Of a stretch of 64,000 bases of DNA, positions 13,301 through 26,400 are shown one piece after another (position 1 is the stretch's first letter; each line of letters starts with the position of its first letter). Source of the DNA: Chrysomallon squamiferum (Eukaryota > Animalia > Mollusca); assembly GCA_012295275.1 (NCBI GenBank), contig CM022679.1, positions 19,716,001-19,780,000 of the forward strand, given 5' to 3'. Under the pieces are notes generated by a model, which was given only the letters and a program-made list of their open reading frames with translations, searched no databases and had not been told where the DNA came from. The position numbers were made by a program, and so were the translations under genes.

Positions 13301-16300
13301 CCACCATTTGGTATTTCTAACGATGGTGGAGTTATCTATGCAGCCCAAGAAATTTACACAACTGTCACAAGTAACAACCAGTGGAAATACAAAGTGGTAG
13401 CCAAAGACAAACCGGTTGATTCCAAACCTCACCAGACTAAAGCACAGGTCATTGTGAGTAAAACTTTGCTTATCTTATCTTTTTTATTTATTTACTTACT
13501 TACTTATTAATTATTTTATTTCATTTTATTTATTTATTTATTTAGTATATTTATTTATTTAAGTTACTTTATTTTATTTTAAATACCTTTTTTTTAAATT
13601 TATTTGTTTGATTTGACTTGATTTGTTTATTTATCAGTTTTTTGGACAGTTTCATTAAACAAGTGTTTTGAGATATTTATATATTTCACTATTTTTTTTT
13701 CAGATAAATTTAATTGAGGACTACAACCGATTTGTTCTGGTTATTGACAGTAGTAAAACTTCAGACATTATTGCCAAGAAAGAAGCTATTAAAAAGTAAG
13801 TATTATTTATAAATCATTTTAAGTTTCAACAATTATTTTATTTTTATTATTTATTATTTATTTATTTTTTGTTTTATTATTAAACAGCATTTAAAGTCTG
13901 TGAATTCATTCCACAATACACAATAGATAATGAAATTAAAAGGAATCTTAAAACAATACATGAAATGTCTTTTGATTTAAATTGCAAAACACAGAAAAAA
14001 GCTGTCAGAAAATGCTTTATTAATATGCAATTGATTTAATAAAAAGATATTAATGGAAGGCTTAATGTTATATTTATTACTGTTCTTTGCATTTGTATGT
14101 TATTATTTTCACATTTCAGACTTCTGCAAGAAGAATTGGGATACATAGTGATTATTGAAAAAATCCAGAGCAAACAAACCATTAACAAAGATGACAATAT
14201 AAAATTGGAATCAGATTCGTGAGTATTTTATCAGAAATTTGAAGTCATTCAGTGAAATTTGACATATGTTTAATGAAGATATTGTTTAAAATATTTTGAT
14301 GGAAAATCCTATCAGTATTCTGAGTGAAATAAAACATTTTCTTCATCATCATCTATGTCCTCCTGTAGTGTTCCGTTGATGGATGAAAACCTGTGCATGT
14401 TGTTTCAACATTTTCTTACATCCTCTGACTGACAGTTCTGTTCCCAGCACTATCCAGTCCATCACACGTCCACTGTCTACTGATCTTCCTCTAGACTGCT
14501 TCCCTTTGCATGGTACCCATGTGGTGATACATGAGATCCATCTCTTCTTTTATTCTACTGATATCCACTTCCAGCTTGACCTGTTGACTCACATCTGTGA
14601 CCTTTATTTTCTCTCTTGCAAATGAAAGATTATGAGCAGTATAAATTTTATCCAACAAAATATCTATTTTGTATCATATTAAGAACTGTTTATATTAAAA
14701 TTATTTGTTATCATGATCATTTAGATTTATCCCAATATATTTTGTATTCTTGTTAATTCTGGCAATAGTGTTTTAATGTTAGCTGTATCTTTGAAAAATG
14801 TGATACATTTTTTCACTTTTTTTCCAGTACTGATGTAGTTTTTGTATTAGTGGGGAAAGAAATTGAAAATGATTATCAACTGCTGCGCAATACAGACCCA
14901 TTGACAAAAATTAGGTAAGACAATTTCACCAAGAATTTAAACATCGAGAGTCATGCATGTATGTTCCTCTTCTGTTGGATTGAACTGTATAATTATCTAT
15001 AACATTAGGTGTAATCTAGTTTAACTAAATATACATTTTATTCCTTTAAGTTTTGGTTTAACTTCATTATGGAGTTTAACATTTTGTTGTAGAATTATGT
15101 CTGATGGCACTATAAGAAAACTGGGTGAAGGACTCAAGAAGCTGGCAATAAATGTTTATAATGTGCGACAGCCACATCCTGAGACAAATATCATTGTAAG
15201 GACAATGACAAAGTCTTATATCTGGTGGGTGACAAACCCCTGGGCAGCACTCATAGCTGTTGCTGTCATGATTATTCTCATCTGCGTCACCTGTTTCGTA
15301 GTTATTGTCTTCTCATACTCTAGGTGAGTCAAATCTTAAATAATTATTACTAAACTTTTTAGGAAGAAACTCTCAATAAATGCACTTTCATTTAAACACA
15401 TATTCTTCTATTTTTAACAGTATATTTTGTTAATTATTTTTTTTAATTCATTCATTTTTGCATTGTTTTTATCTCACAAATGTTGTATTAGAAAAAGAGG
15501 TTGGTAACATCATTTAGTGGTTGATAGGCATATTTGATTATTGTATAAAAAAATATTAAGTTCAAAGCATTTATGTAGATGATAATTGATCAGTTAAAAC
15601 ACCCTGATCAAAATATAAAATACCATCATTTAGATCCTTTTATGCTGTTATCACTTTTTTCAGTTCACAATAGCTGATAAAAATCCTACTTGAACCATTA
15701 GTTATTAATTATTTCAAATACCAATGCTATTTTGTTTTTATTCAAGGTATATGAATTATCTCCGCAAGTACAATGAATACCAAATACAGCGTTCTTCTAC
15801 ATATCTCCACACCTCACTGCTTCATCTACAGCCAGATTTATTCATGGCACCAGATGTACTCAAACATGTGGCATCATGTCCAGATTTGTCCAATACTTCA
15901 CTGGATTACAATGAAAGACCACCATACAGTTACCTCAGAGAATACGAAGAACAGGTAGGTTGAAAATTAAAGTGATAAAAAAATAATAACCTTTTGTTTT
16001 TATTTGGACTTTTTTCAGTTCTGAAGATTTTAACATATTCAGACTGAGAACTCTGCCTAAAAACATTCAATGATTTGATAAAGTGGAATCATTCAAATCA
16101 AATTTTTTTCTTCTTTTTTTGTTTCAGAAAAATGTTGTAATTACAATATTGATAGTTATATGACCTTTTAAAATAAGTCCTACATATTTGTAGTTAAATT
16201 TTAATTCTGTTTTTTATTTCAGAGTTTAAATATATATGTGCCAGCATCTGATGTGGATCAAGACTGTGATGACTTGACAGTTGATGATGATATTCCATCA

Positions 16301-16696
16301 ATCTCCAACCTGTGTAGTGAAAACCATGCAAAAGCTGTTGTGAATCCTCTCTTTGAATAGTAACATTTAATATAACTAATTTTATTTTTTCATTTATAAA
16401 AACAGACATAGAACATAACAGCAATTTTTAACCTAAATGTATAAAATTATGTATCAAAGTTCTTTGCTTTTAATTTTTTAGAGTTTTTTTTAACAAACTG
16501 TATTTTAGTTACACTTTGCAAAAAGATATGTAATTATTATTTCTTATGAAAAAAAATAAAATAATAAGAACAGGTTAGTTAAAATTAAAAGGGCTTAAAT
16601 CAAAGATAACCAGTTTATATGTTTGTTCGTTTCTTTTGTTTTTTCAGTGATGAAGATGAACCAGATCTGAGCTATGCTAGCAGTACGGTCCTCTGA
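1..16696 (+). CDS. Cadherin-related type I membrane protein (CDH23/PCDH15/Cad99C/Cad87A-like), 5'-truncated by the window; 20 exons: <1-31, 472-585, 824-1015, 1226-1354, 1676-1864, 2128-2268, 7486-7689, 7974-8111, 8464-8585, 9104-9219, 9682-9846, 11155-11315, 13232-13453, 13704-13795, 14120-14218, 14828-14914, 15093-15323, 15747-15954, 16223-16359, 16648-16696
   Basis: All introns are GT-AG with matching phases. Cadherin motifs include ATDDD, ARDD, ATDAD, LDRE, DVNDNAP and ATDPDLGPNG. After the last EC repeat comes a membrane-adjacent (MAD/SEA-like) domain (NRFVLVID...LLQEELGYIVIIEKIQ), a TM helix (WAALIAVAVMIILICVTCFVVIVF) and a tail ending STVL*. Exact orthology not assignable. Confidence 0.88.
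74..382. repeat. (GT)n/(GAGT)n compound microsatellite in cadherin intron
   Basis: Visible gtgtgt/gagtgt runs; source of the spurious HT-rich ORF 44-250. Confidence 0.95.
2263..6628 (+). repeat. 18-bp minisatellite (TGTCATCTCAGTGTTGTT), roughly 240 units, punctuated by 19-bp variants carrying a copy of the exon end and splice donor
   Basis: Direct periodicity; six-frame translations give SSQCCL/MTNNTE/VISVLF hexapeptides. Starts at the donor of exon 2128-2268. Confidence 0.97.
7275..7325. repeat. (TA)n microsatellite
   Basis: Direct read. Confidence 0.95.
9834..10943 (+). repeat. 27-bp minisatellite (ACTTTAACATACAGTAAGTTTAACATG-like), about 41 units, formed from an exon 3' end plus splice donor
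   Basis: GT donors recur every 27 nt from 9847; a 189-bp (7-unit) higher-order duplication is visible (9874 vs 10063). Confidence 0.96.
14342..14620 (-). mobile_element. Degenerate 3' end of an RTE-type LINE
   Basis: Minus-strand translation gives RWISCITTWVPCKGKQSRGRS, like the W..P..GKR.RGRP C-terminal motif of RTE ORFs, followed by a short (GAT)n tail. Confidence 0.6.
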
Positions 16697-17456
16697 TAAA
16701 TACCTTCACTTTTCAGTTCTTATCTCTGCTCCATCATGTTTGCTTCAAATTTACTGTTTTCAATCTTGCATTATACTTACCAATAAATACTTTTCTTACT
16801 TATATCATTTCGATTTTTCATTATTTTTTTCACTGTTATTTTGCTTTATTTGTATTCAGATTACCCCTGGTTTCAATAAACAAATGATACAAGTAATCAC
16901 ATGTAGCACTAATCATTAACTGAAAGTTTTGTGGGGTATTTTTTAAAAGATGTTTATCTCTGAATTGAGTATAACTCATGTTTTTTTTTTATATCTGGTA
17001 TTTATGGAAAAAAGGAATAAAAAGCACACAATTACATTTTAATATAAAGAAATTTATTATTAAGATAGAGGTTAAAATATAAAGACATCTGCTAGCTATA
17101 TTTACAGATGCTGCTATCCTATAGGGAACAGGAAAATAGCCAGAAAAAGGCCCAAAAAGAACATAAAGAGGAATAGAAGGAAAATTAAAAGATATAAAAC
17201 TGACACCAATTATAAACATATTATTATTATTACCCATACATACACAGTCCATGTTTATATAATGACTATTATAAGCAGCGAATTCAACACACACTGGCTT
17301 AAACAAGCCAATTATTTTCTAGTTCCAGGATCGTCAAGTCTGTAGTTTAGATCTGTGTAAGATGCTAAGAGATGAGCAAACTGTGTATGCTGTCAGTCAA
17401 GTTTTGAGATTTCAGGCGGCTGGGTTGGACGAGATAATCGACACAGCTGTGATGTT

Positions 17457-20400
17457 CTACTCTTCCACAATTACTTCTTCAACATCTACCAAAAACTCAA
17501 TTACTTCTTCTTCCATGTTGTCCTCATGACTGTCCAGTTCATCTGTGTCAACACCTGTTAACATGAAAACATTATAAATGTAAACTCAATTCAGAATAAT
17601 GGTCAACAGATATAATTTTTAAAACCATTTGTTAAAGGTTAAAGGAAAAAGTAAAAAATGAAAAGAAACGTTCTCAGTATTTTATACACAAATATATCAT
17701 AAAGGGAAAAACTGTATGGAGTTAATGAAAATGAATCATTTTTCTTTTGAAAAATAAAAGAAACATTTATATTGCTGTTCATTATCTCAGTTTAAATAAC
17801 CAGATTCTGTTTTAATCAATTCTTAATAAATTTCTTTTTTATTTACCATCACGAAGGTCAATTCTTCTTTGTCGGAAACCCTCAAACTCTTCAGTTCTTT
17901 CTCTGCGGAACTGCTCATATTCCTCTACAAGTTGACGACGTTTTTCCAGCAGTTCCTATCGATTAATATTACAAAAACTATTTCAGGGCCACTTTGTAGA
18001 TGTAACAAAATATTTTCAGTTACTTTTGTAGGAAAAATAATTTTTAACAAGTAAAAAATGATTTACATTTCCTTTTTCAGCAAATTACAAAAAATATTTC
18101 AATAACAGATTTACTGAAGCTATTTTATTGTGGAACTTTAATTCTGTGTAATTACACTTATAAACAGTTATTTTGTAAACTGAAAAAACAATTTAGGATG
18201 TTAAAACTTACTATAATGTTTTCAGATTAAACTGTGATAAAGTGATTTTTATTACTAAATAAAAAAAACATTACTGCCTCTTCTTTTTTCTGGATATAAA
18301 ATAAAAACAGATGTAACTCAATTTATTTGTGAAAACAATTAAAATAAGTTAGAAAAAGAATTAAAAATACCTTGGATGCTGATTGCTTTTTGGAAATATC
18401 TTCTATTTCAAATTGCTGAGCAAACTTCTTGAAATTTTTCCTTATTTCCTAAAAACATAAAAGAAAAATTCAGTAATGTTAGATTGTCATCATATATAAT
18501 TTACATTATCAATCCGAAACAAAGTTTATTAAATTAAACTGTCACAGATGAAAAAAAAAGAAGTAGTTTTGTTAATGAATTTTAATTTGTTGTCATGTTT
18601 TCGCTTCCTATTATTTTGGTTGAAAAATTAACAATTACATACACGAAACAAAAAATTTAAAAGAAGATAATAAAATAGAAGACTTGTTTTATAAGCAGAA
18701 ATAACAAATCTATTTAAAACTTAAGCACAAAATTCAAACTATGAAAACACCTTAATTTGTTTGTCCTTCAACAGTGAAGATGGTCTTGGTCGCCAAAGCA
18801 ACTGACAGAAACGCTCCATTGGCTTTTTATGCAGCAGGTTTCCTTGGAAGTTCCAAATCCAATAAGCATTATCAACCTGTTGGAAAAAAATTTGTTATGT
18901 TTATCTTAACACATATCTGTGACACTCTGATTAAACCACACAGGAAGAATGAAAATAAAAAGTCTATAAATGATTAGCTGGATATGAATAACAGAAAATG
19001 TATGTCATACAAAAGAAAACTATTCTTATTACCCTTTAGTATAAAGTTTGAAAACGTTCTGTAAATATTCCCTTTACAACTAATAGATTAACAACAATTA
19101 AAAGGTTTGTGAATATCAGCTGTCACATTACTTAAGTATATTTTGGAGAGCAGAATCCCTGTGGCTTTATACTGTAAGAGATAACTTACGAGTTAGGAGA
19201 GTGAACATTAGTGAGTTTACCTTGTGTCCCCACCAACTGACAGCAGATACAACATATCTTCCTGTGGGATCCCACTCAACATCAGTTGCCATGAAATGCT
19301 CTGTTTGTGACATCACAGTCATATCTTGGGTGTCAACAAATTCCAATACACCGTTCATACTGAAACATGACAATATCACATTATTAATCTGATCATCAAA
19401 GATATTTGACCATCTCAAAATTATCAGTGGTAGTTACACATTTAAGTAGCAGGAACGTTACATATGTATGGAGTGAAATGTAGCAATCTGCTCAATTTGA
19501 AGATAATATACACATATAATAATAATAATAATAAATAAATAAATAAATATATAAAAATGTCAAAAAAAAAAAATTTAAATTAAAATTTAAAAACTATACA
19601 TATATTTCTATACAAATAAGATCCTTACCTTCTCAAACCTGCAAGCACAATAAACTGACCATTTGGACTCCAAAACAGGTGGTTTGCTGTTCTTTTCTCC
19701 AGTATCTCTATGAAAAACAAATTAGCATACAAACCTCCATTACATACTGGATTTCGAATGTTTTTCTCTTTTTAAAGTAATACAACAATGAAAAGTCCAT
19801 TTATGCAGATTTCTAACATTTTATATTTCATTTTCTACTGCATAAACATTGTAAAGAAGTTCTCAGATAAAAAATTAGAGTGTCTGACAGTATGCATATC
19901 ATGTATACTTCAAAACTTGTGGTTCATCACTGAACTTCTTTTAAGCATATAAACAAAAACTTAATTTATGTATAATCTGCAGGAAAAATAAAAATAGTTG
20001 GTCCTTTTCTGAAGATAACTTTTCAGTTATTAACCAACTCCATTTGAAGATAAATATAAAGTGTCATGTTTTCTTTCTTTTTTCAACATGTGGCACGTTC
20101 CAATATTATTATAACTGACAAATAAAATGAGACAATGTTAACAGGAAACAACTAAAAGGAGTCAACAGTATTACTGTGGTCTCCACAAGATATCACAGTT
20201 TACATCTTGTTACTTATTCAGTATTGTTCAGCAATCATGCTAATCTTAACATCCTTGTTAAGAAAACTTCTCAACTAATTATAAAAAATTACTACATAAA
20301 GAGAAATACCAGAAATGTATACATTAAGAATTATTAACACATATCTGTCTTGATTCATAATATGTTTTAGGCAAATTCTAATATTTTCCATTCTTTCTAA

Positions 20401-23400
20401 GACAAAAGTTCTCAGAAAAAAAAATTAGTGTCTAACAATGTGTATATCATAATTAATTCAAAACTTGTGGTTCATCATTGAACTTCTGTTCAACAATTAC
20501 TGAATCAACAAAAATGAATTCATTTTCGTTAAAAATGGGCAAACTAAGGAATTTCAAAAAGTATTTTCTATTTGTTCTGTGTACTCTAACCATCTCAACT
20601 CCTTGATAAGATTCAGATTCATAATTTAGAATAAGGATCTTCTAACTGTACATATATCCTGCCACTACTGCTCTGATTATCTCAAAGGTAATTAAATGGT
20701 GACTGAATATAAAACATTTACTTTAAACCAAAACTTCTGTGGCATGTTCTTGACATTGGAAACCAAATCACTAATTACATACTGCTAAGTTTTCATTGTT
20801 ACAAAATAAAAATGTAAAAAAATCAATAAGATTAAATAATAATATATGTACTTACTAAATCAAATTCCATTATTAAATAATGTACTGATATTTATCTGTT
20901 TATAAAATAAAATCTAGGGATAATTTATATACTGTAGTAACATTTTCTTAAGAGGAGCTGCTGTGGTGAATTTTATTTTTTCCCTTAAATTCTTATCAGA
21001 TTTTGCTGAAATTTTAACACAATGTCAGTTATATATTAGAAAAGAGACATGGGTCATTCCATGTCAAATCACCCAGTGGATTAAACCCGACCGTCTCAGA
21101 TTTTATGAAACTTTGTATATTTGTTGATTGGGATCCCACAGCATCAAATCAATATTTTTAGGCCAATCGAACCAGTGGTTTGGGAGATATGGCCCATCGA
21201 ATTTTGAGATTTTTGGCATTTCTTGAAATTTAATCTCCCACATGTTAACAAAAACATATAAAAGTTTCAGAGGTGTAATTTTTTTTGTTTAGCCACAATA
21301 TAGATCTAAAAACTGCATACCTGCATGGATGATTGATATAAAATCCACCTGACATATCTGAAGGAATGCCTGAATGATATGAAAAGATGCCCAATGGCAT
21401 GACATGTTCTACATAACCAGGCCCAACCGGTTAACAGGATGTGTGACTTCTGGCATGTCATGAATGCCTTGAAATCCCCATTGAGCAAATGGCAATTATA
21501 TTACTATTATAAATCCCTCTAGACTACTATTACTATTACTGCCATCACCACCACCAGTACTTCTACCATTACTACTTTACTAATGGTACTATTACAACTT
21601 TTATTATTAGAAGAACTACTACTGTCACCATCATTGCCACTACTGATACTTTTTTCTCCTACTACCTATTGCCACTACTACTACATCTATGAGACTACTT
21701 CCAAAATCTGGGAGATTAAATTTCAAGAAAGGTAATTTCAAGGTCACAAGGTCGTAACAGAGGCCAAAAGGTCAGTATACCCCAATATTCTGCAAACTGA
21801 AGAACGACGGCAGATTTGGAATCCTTGTCATACTGCCTTTTCAGCAACACCAATTTTATGAAGATTGGCCCAGTAGTTCCTGAGATACGAGGGTTTAAAG
21901 GTTAGTGGTCATGCCCATTTTGGGCACAAATCTCAAAATTTGAGGGGTGGGGCCATATCTCCCAAACCACAGGTTCAATTGGACTGAAATTTTAGATTTG
22001 GTGCTGTGGGATCCCAATCAACATAAATACCAAGTTTCATAAAATCTGAGACGGTCAGGTTTAAAACATTTTTATTTTGGGTGATTTGACGTGGAATGAC
22101 CCAAATAAAAATTAAGAAAAAATATTGAACTCTTAAAGGCCCAGTTTGATTTCAGTGGTTTCAACTGAAAATCAGGATCTCTATATACAATAGGTGAAAT
22201 TTTGCAGTTAAGTAGTAAAAAGTCATATACATTTTGTAAGAGTTTTGGTTGTTTTTCTATTTATTTTTTGACAATTTTTAACAGTAATTCTTACAAAATT
22301 GTAAACAAATTAAAATTTTGTATCATAAAACTTTTCTTTGCTTGTTTTTTGTCAATGTTCCTCTTTAGAAGAAGAAGAATACCAAAATGTTCAGAAGTTC
22401 TCAGAAAAAAATTAGAGTGTCTGACAATATGCATATCATAAATATATCAAAATTTGTATTTCATCACAGAACTCCTGTTTTTATAGATGCTACAATAAGT
22501 AACTAAATACTTTTTTCTTTTTTGACCTGCAGGAATTCTGAGGGAATTTTATTTACAACTTCTACCAATATTACCACCATTCATAAATTTAAAACTGCAA
22601 TTTTTTTATAGATTGATATGTCAAAGTTCTCAAACATCATTATTTCTAAACCAATAACATATAATATAATTGCAAATCTAAGCTTGAATATATAAAACAT
22701 TTTAAATGTGAAATATAACCACCAGATATAAATAATGACATTAAAAGTATACATACACTCATGGTTTCTTATGAACAACATCTGATCATTTAATATTATG
22801 ATTTTAATACAGTATATTATTTTGATTGGAACTTTGCACTGTGTAGAACTGAGGTGGGGGTCAAAAGAAAGGAATTTTTAAAAAACGTTTTAATTATAAA
22901 TTAAAGATTTTTCAAATACAGTATTTATAATTTAAAAAAATATTAACAGTACCTAAATAACAACAATAACTAATGATAGTTTTGTTCATGCATTTAAAGA
23001 AGTTCTCAGAAAAAAATTAGAGTGTTTGACAACAAATTTCATAAATTTTTCAAAACTTTCATTTCATCATAGAACATCTCAAAAACTTATCCGAAAATAC
23101 AACTGATAACAAATAATTTACAGTTTATTTGTGTACGTAATTTAATTCTTACATAGCTGGAAAAAAAAAAGAGGTGACTTTGGAGGGCAAAATGAGATTA
23201 TTTGGACAAGTCTCATTATTTTTCTCTTTTTTACTTCTCTTTATTTTTATTTTATTTCTTTAAAATAAATATCTGGTGGTTGTTTTTTGGGGTCTTTTTT
23301 TTGTTTTTTTTTAATAATTTTACCAGTACCAGCATGTATTATATTTTAATGAAGAGTGTTTATTGTCAAATACATTTCTTCCAATAAATAATACTTACTG

Positions 23401-26400
23401 AGTAGCTCCACTTTTCCTCCAGGTCGAATTGCATAAAATGATACAGATATTCTTGGGGCCTCACCATGAATAAAAGCAAATTTGTGTCCAGTGGGCTCCC
23501 ATGCAAATGCATATACAATTTCTGAAACAAAATAACATTTGGAATAATAAATTACTTTTATATATAAACTATAGCAAAATGATTTCTAAAACAACAATTT
23601 ACATTTACTACAAAAATAAAAATATACATCTCATGCCAAATACATTATTTACATAACCAAAGCAAATTTTTCACATAATTAATGTTACCTTTTCATAAAG
23701 GAATACACTACTAAGTTAATAAAGAAAAACAATCCTGAACAGAAATCTACCTCAGAAATGAACAGAATCAGTGATGTTTGGAATATGATAGAATTTAGAG
23801 AAGTCCTCAGAAAAAAATTAGAGTGTCTGACAATATATGTATCATAACTATTTCAAAATTTGTAATTCATCATTGAACTTCTGTTAAACAATTACCTTTT
23901 ACACAAAAATGAATTCATTTTACTTGAAGATGGACAAATTAAAGAATTTAATAAACAGATATTAATGTTCACAAATCTGAAATGCTTGGAATTAAGATTT
24001 TGAAATAAAATGAGATAACCCGAGAATACAATCTGTCTAATCATAAGATTATTACATATTTCACACGTGGTTTATACATATTTTTAAACAATATATTTTT
24101 TTATTTGTGCTTAAAATAAAGTCTATCTCTAACCATCTGAAAAATCTAGAGAAACCAATATTCATGAGTATCTATTCATATCAGTTGGAAAACAAAATAA
24201 GAAATCTTGTTTACTCACCTTTGATTTCTATTTTGTCAACAGGTATTTGTTTCTCTCTGAGTCGGAATATCTCAAAGTTGAAATATGTACCCTGAAATGA
24301 TAAAATGTACAAGATATTATCCCTGTCATACTTTCAATATGTAATAATATCAATATGACTAGTGTCAGCAGCCAGCCACAGTAAACGCATCTATAGTTGT
24401 TTGTTTTATTATAAACTTACACTGTATTTCATTTGATCTTTATCCTCCATTCGCTTTGCTTTAGAGTAACGGTCAACCTTGACACACAGGTAGTCTCCAT
24501 TTTTCTGCCACTGCATTTTACAACTGGCAACATTAAACAGATTTTTAGCACACAGTTCTTTTCGACTGGGGATCTCTATCACAGTAACTCTTGCAGGCAC
24601 ATTCTCCATTTCAGGAACCCATAAAGCCATGATGTTATCTGTGGGAGACCAACTGAAATCTCTGGAGAAAAAAAAAAACAGTCAATTACCTGTTAGTAAT
24701 AAAAGATGAAACAAACTATTTACAATGTTAATGTCTTTATTGGATAAAATAAATGATCCAGTATAAAAAAAATACATCTCAAAAACATAATAAGAAATTA
24801 TAAATTAGATTCTCGTTCCTTATATCAATCATCATTTAAATAAATATTTTTTATTATCAATGTTCTGAACATTTTAAAAGTTGTGGTCTTACCGTACATC
24901 TATGATTTTGATACTTTTCTTTTCCAGTAATCCAAAAGACTGTAAAAGAAATTAAAGTAATATTAAAAACATGTAGTTACATAGATTTTAACATAATTCA
25001 TTTTTCTTTTATTAAATTTAATTTTGGTTAAAACTTTGTAAAAATATAAACCTATGAACAAATAAAGTCCTATAATATACAGTGGACTTACTGGTGTCTC
25101 ATATACACTAATGGCATCCTGTCCAATACGTGCAAAGTAAGTGCCATCAAAATTCCACCTGAAATTAAAACATTAAAAATGGGATTAAAACCAATTTTAT
25201 TAGGTATTAATTTCTATTAATAATTTTGGAAATATGAAGCTATATCTGAAATATTTCATCATCAATTGTATTACACATACTATAGTGCTGTGTAACTTAC
25301 TTAAAAATAGGCCATGTGCCCTGGGTCTCACAGTGAAAACCTCGTTTCTTCTCCCCTGTTCGAATATCCCAGATTATTATAGCCTGTGGATCTTCCAGGT
25401 TATCTTGTAAAGGGCTAAATGTTACCATGTATCTGTGGAGGTGAAAATTAATATTTGTCAGTTTAATTTGTCATACACTAGTCAATAAAATATATTAATT
25501 AATCAACTATCTGTAAATTAAGAAATTGAGAATTGACTTTGGTAATTACTTTTCACAAGGAGAAAAATCCAAAAGCTGGACACCGGGATGACTGAACTTC
25601 ATTATCTGTGCAAACTTTTCACCACCCCACAGTGCAATTCCCTTCTGATGAAAAGTGGCCAGGTATGTTCCCTGTGGTGACCATCGGACGTATGTCTCTG
25701 TCCATCTCTGAAAAATTATTTACAATACATTACACACTGCATTGGGAAATAAGGAGAATTATACTGTCATAATTTATATAAAGCAATAAAAACTTTCCAT
25801 CTTGTATGAAATTTTATTTTCTACAACAATCCTGATTATGTGATTCAGAAAGCTTATACCCTTTAATTACAGTTAATGATATTATATGTGTACTTTAAAA
25901 AAAAAAGTATAATCCATAAGTGTAATTGCTCAAATTGTATGTATAAAAAGATTATTTTATATCAAATATAGAACAATAACATTTACTGAGTGATGATAAC
26001 ACATTAATGGGAATAATCTAAATCAGACTTACAGCTCTCTCTTCAATTAACACAGGCTCAATAGAATTAAGGAAAATAGCAGTTTTTTCTCCAGCATCAT
26101 AGATTACACTGAACTGATCTCTGCATTCCTTGTCCAGCAGCCAATACCTCAGATTTCCCTGAAACAATTTTCAAACACAAATAAACATCAGGTTCTCTTG
26201 GGCATTTATTTCCTTACTGTGAAACAAATTTTCAGAATACAAGAACATTATTCTAGTATTATATAAGTAAAAACAATTCTGGCAATTCTGATAAAAACAT
26301 ACTTATAAAATATTAACAAATTGCCATGTATACAATGATTGTTTATGTAAATAATAATACTTACAGGGTTAACATATGGTTTTGGTTTTGGAGTCTCCCA

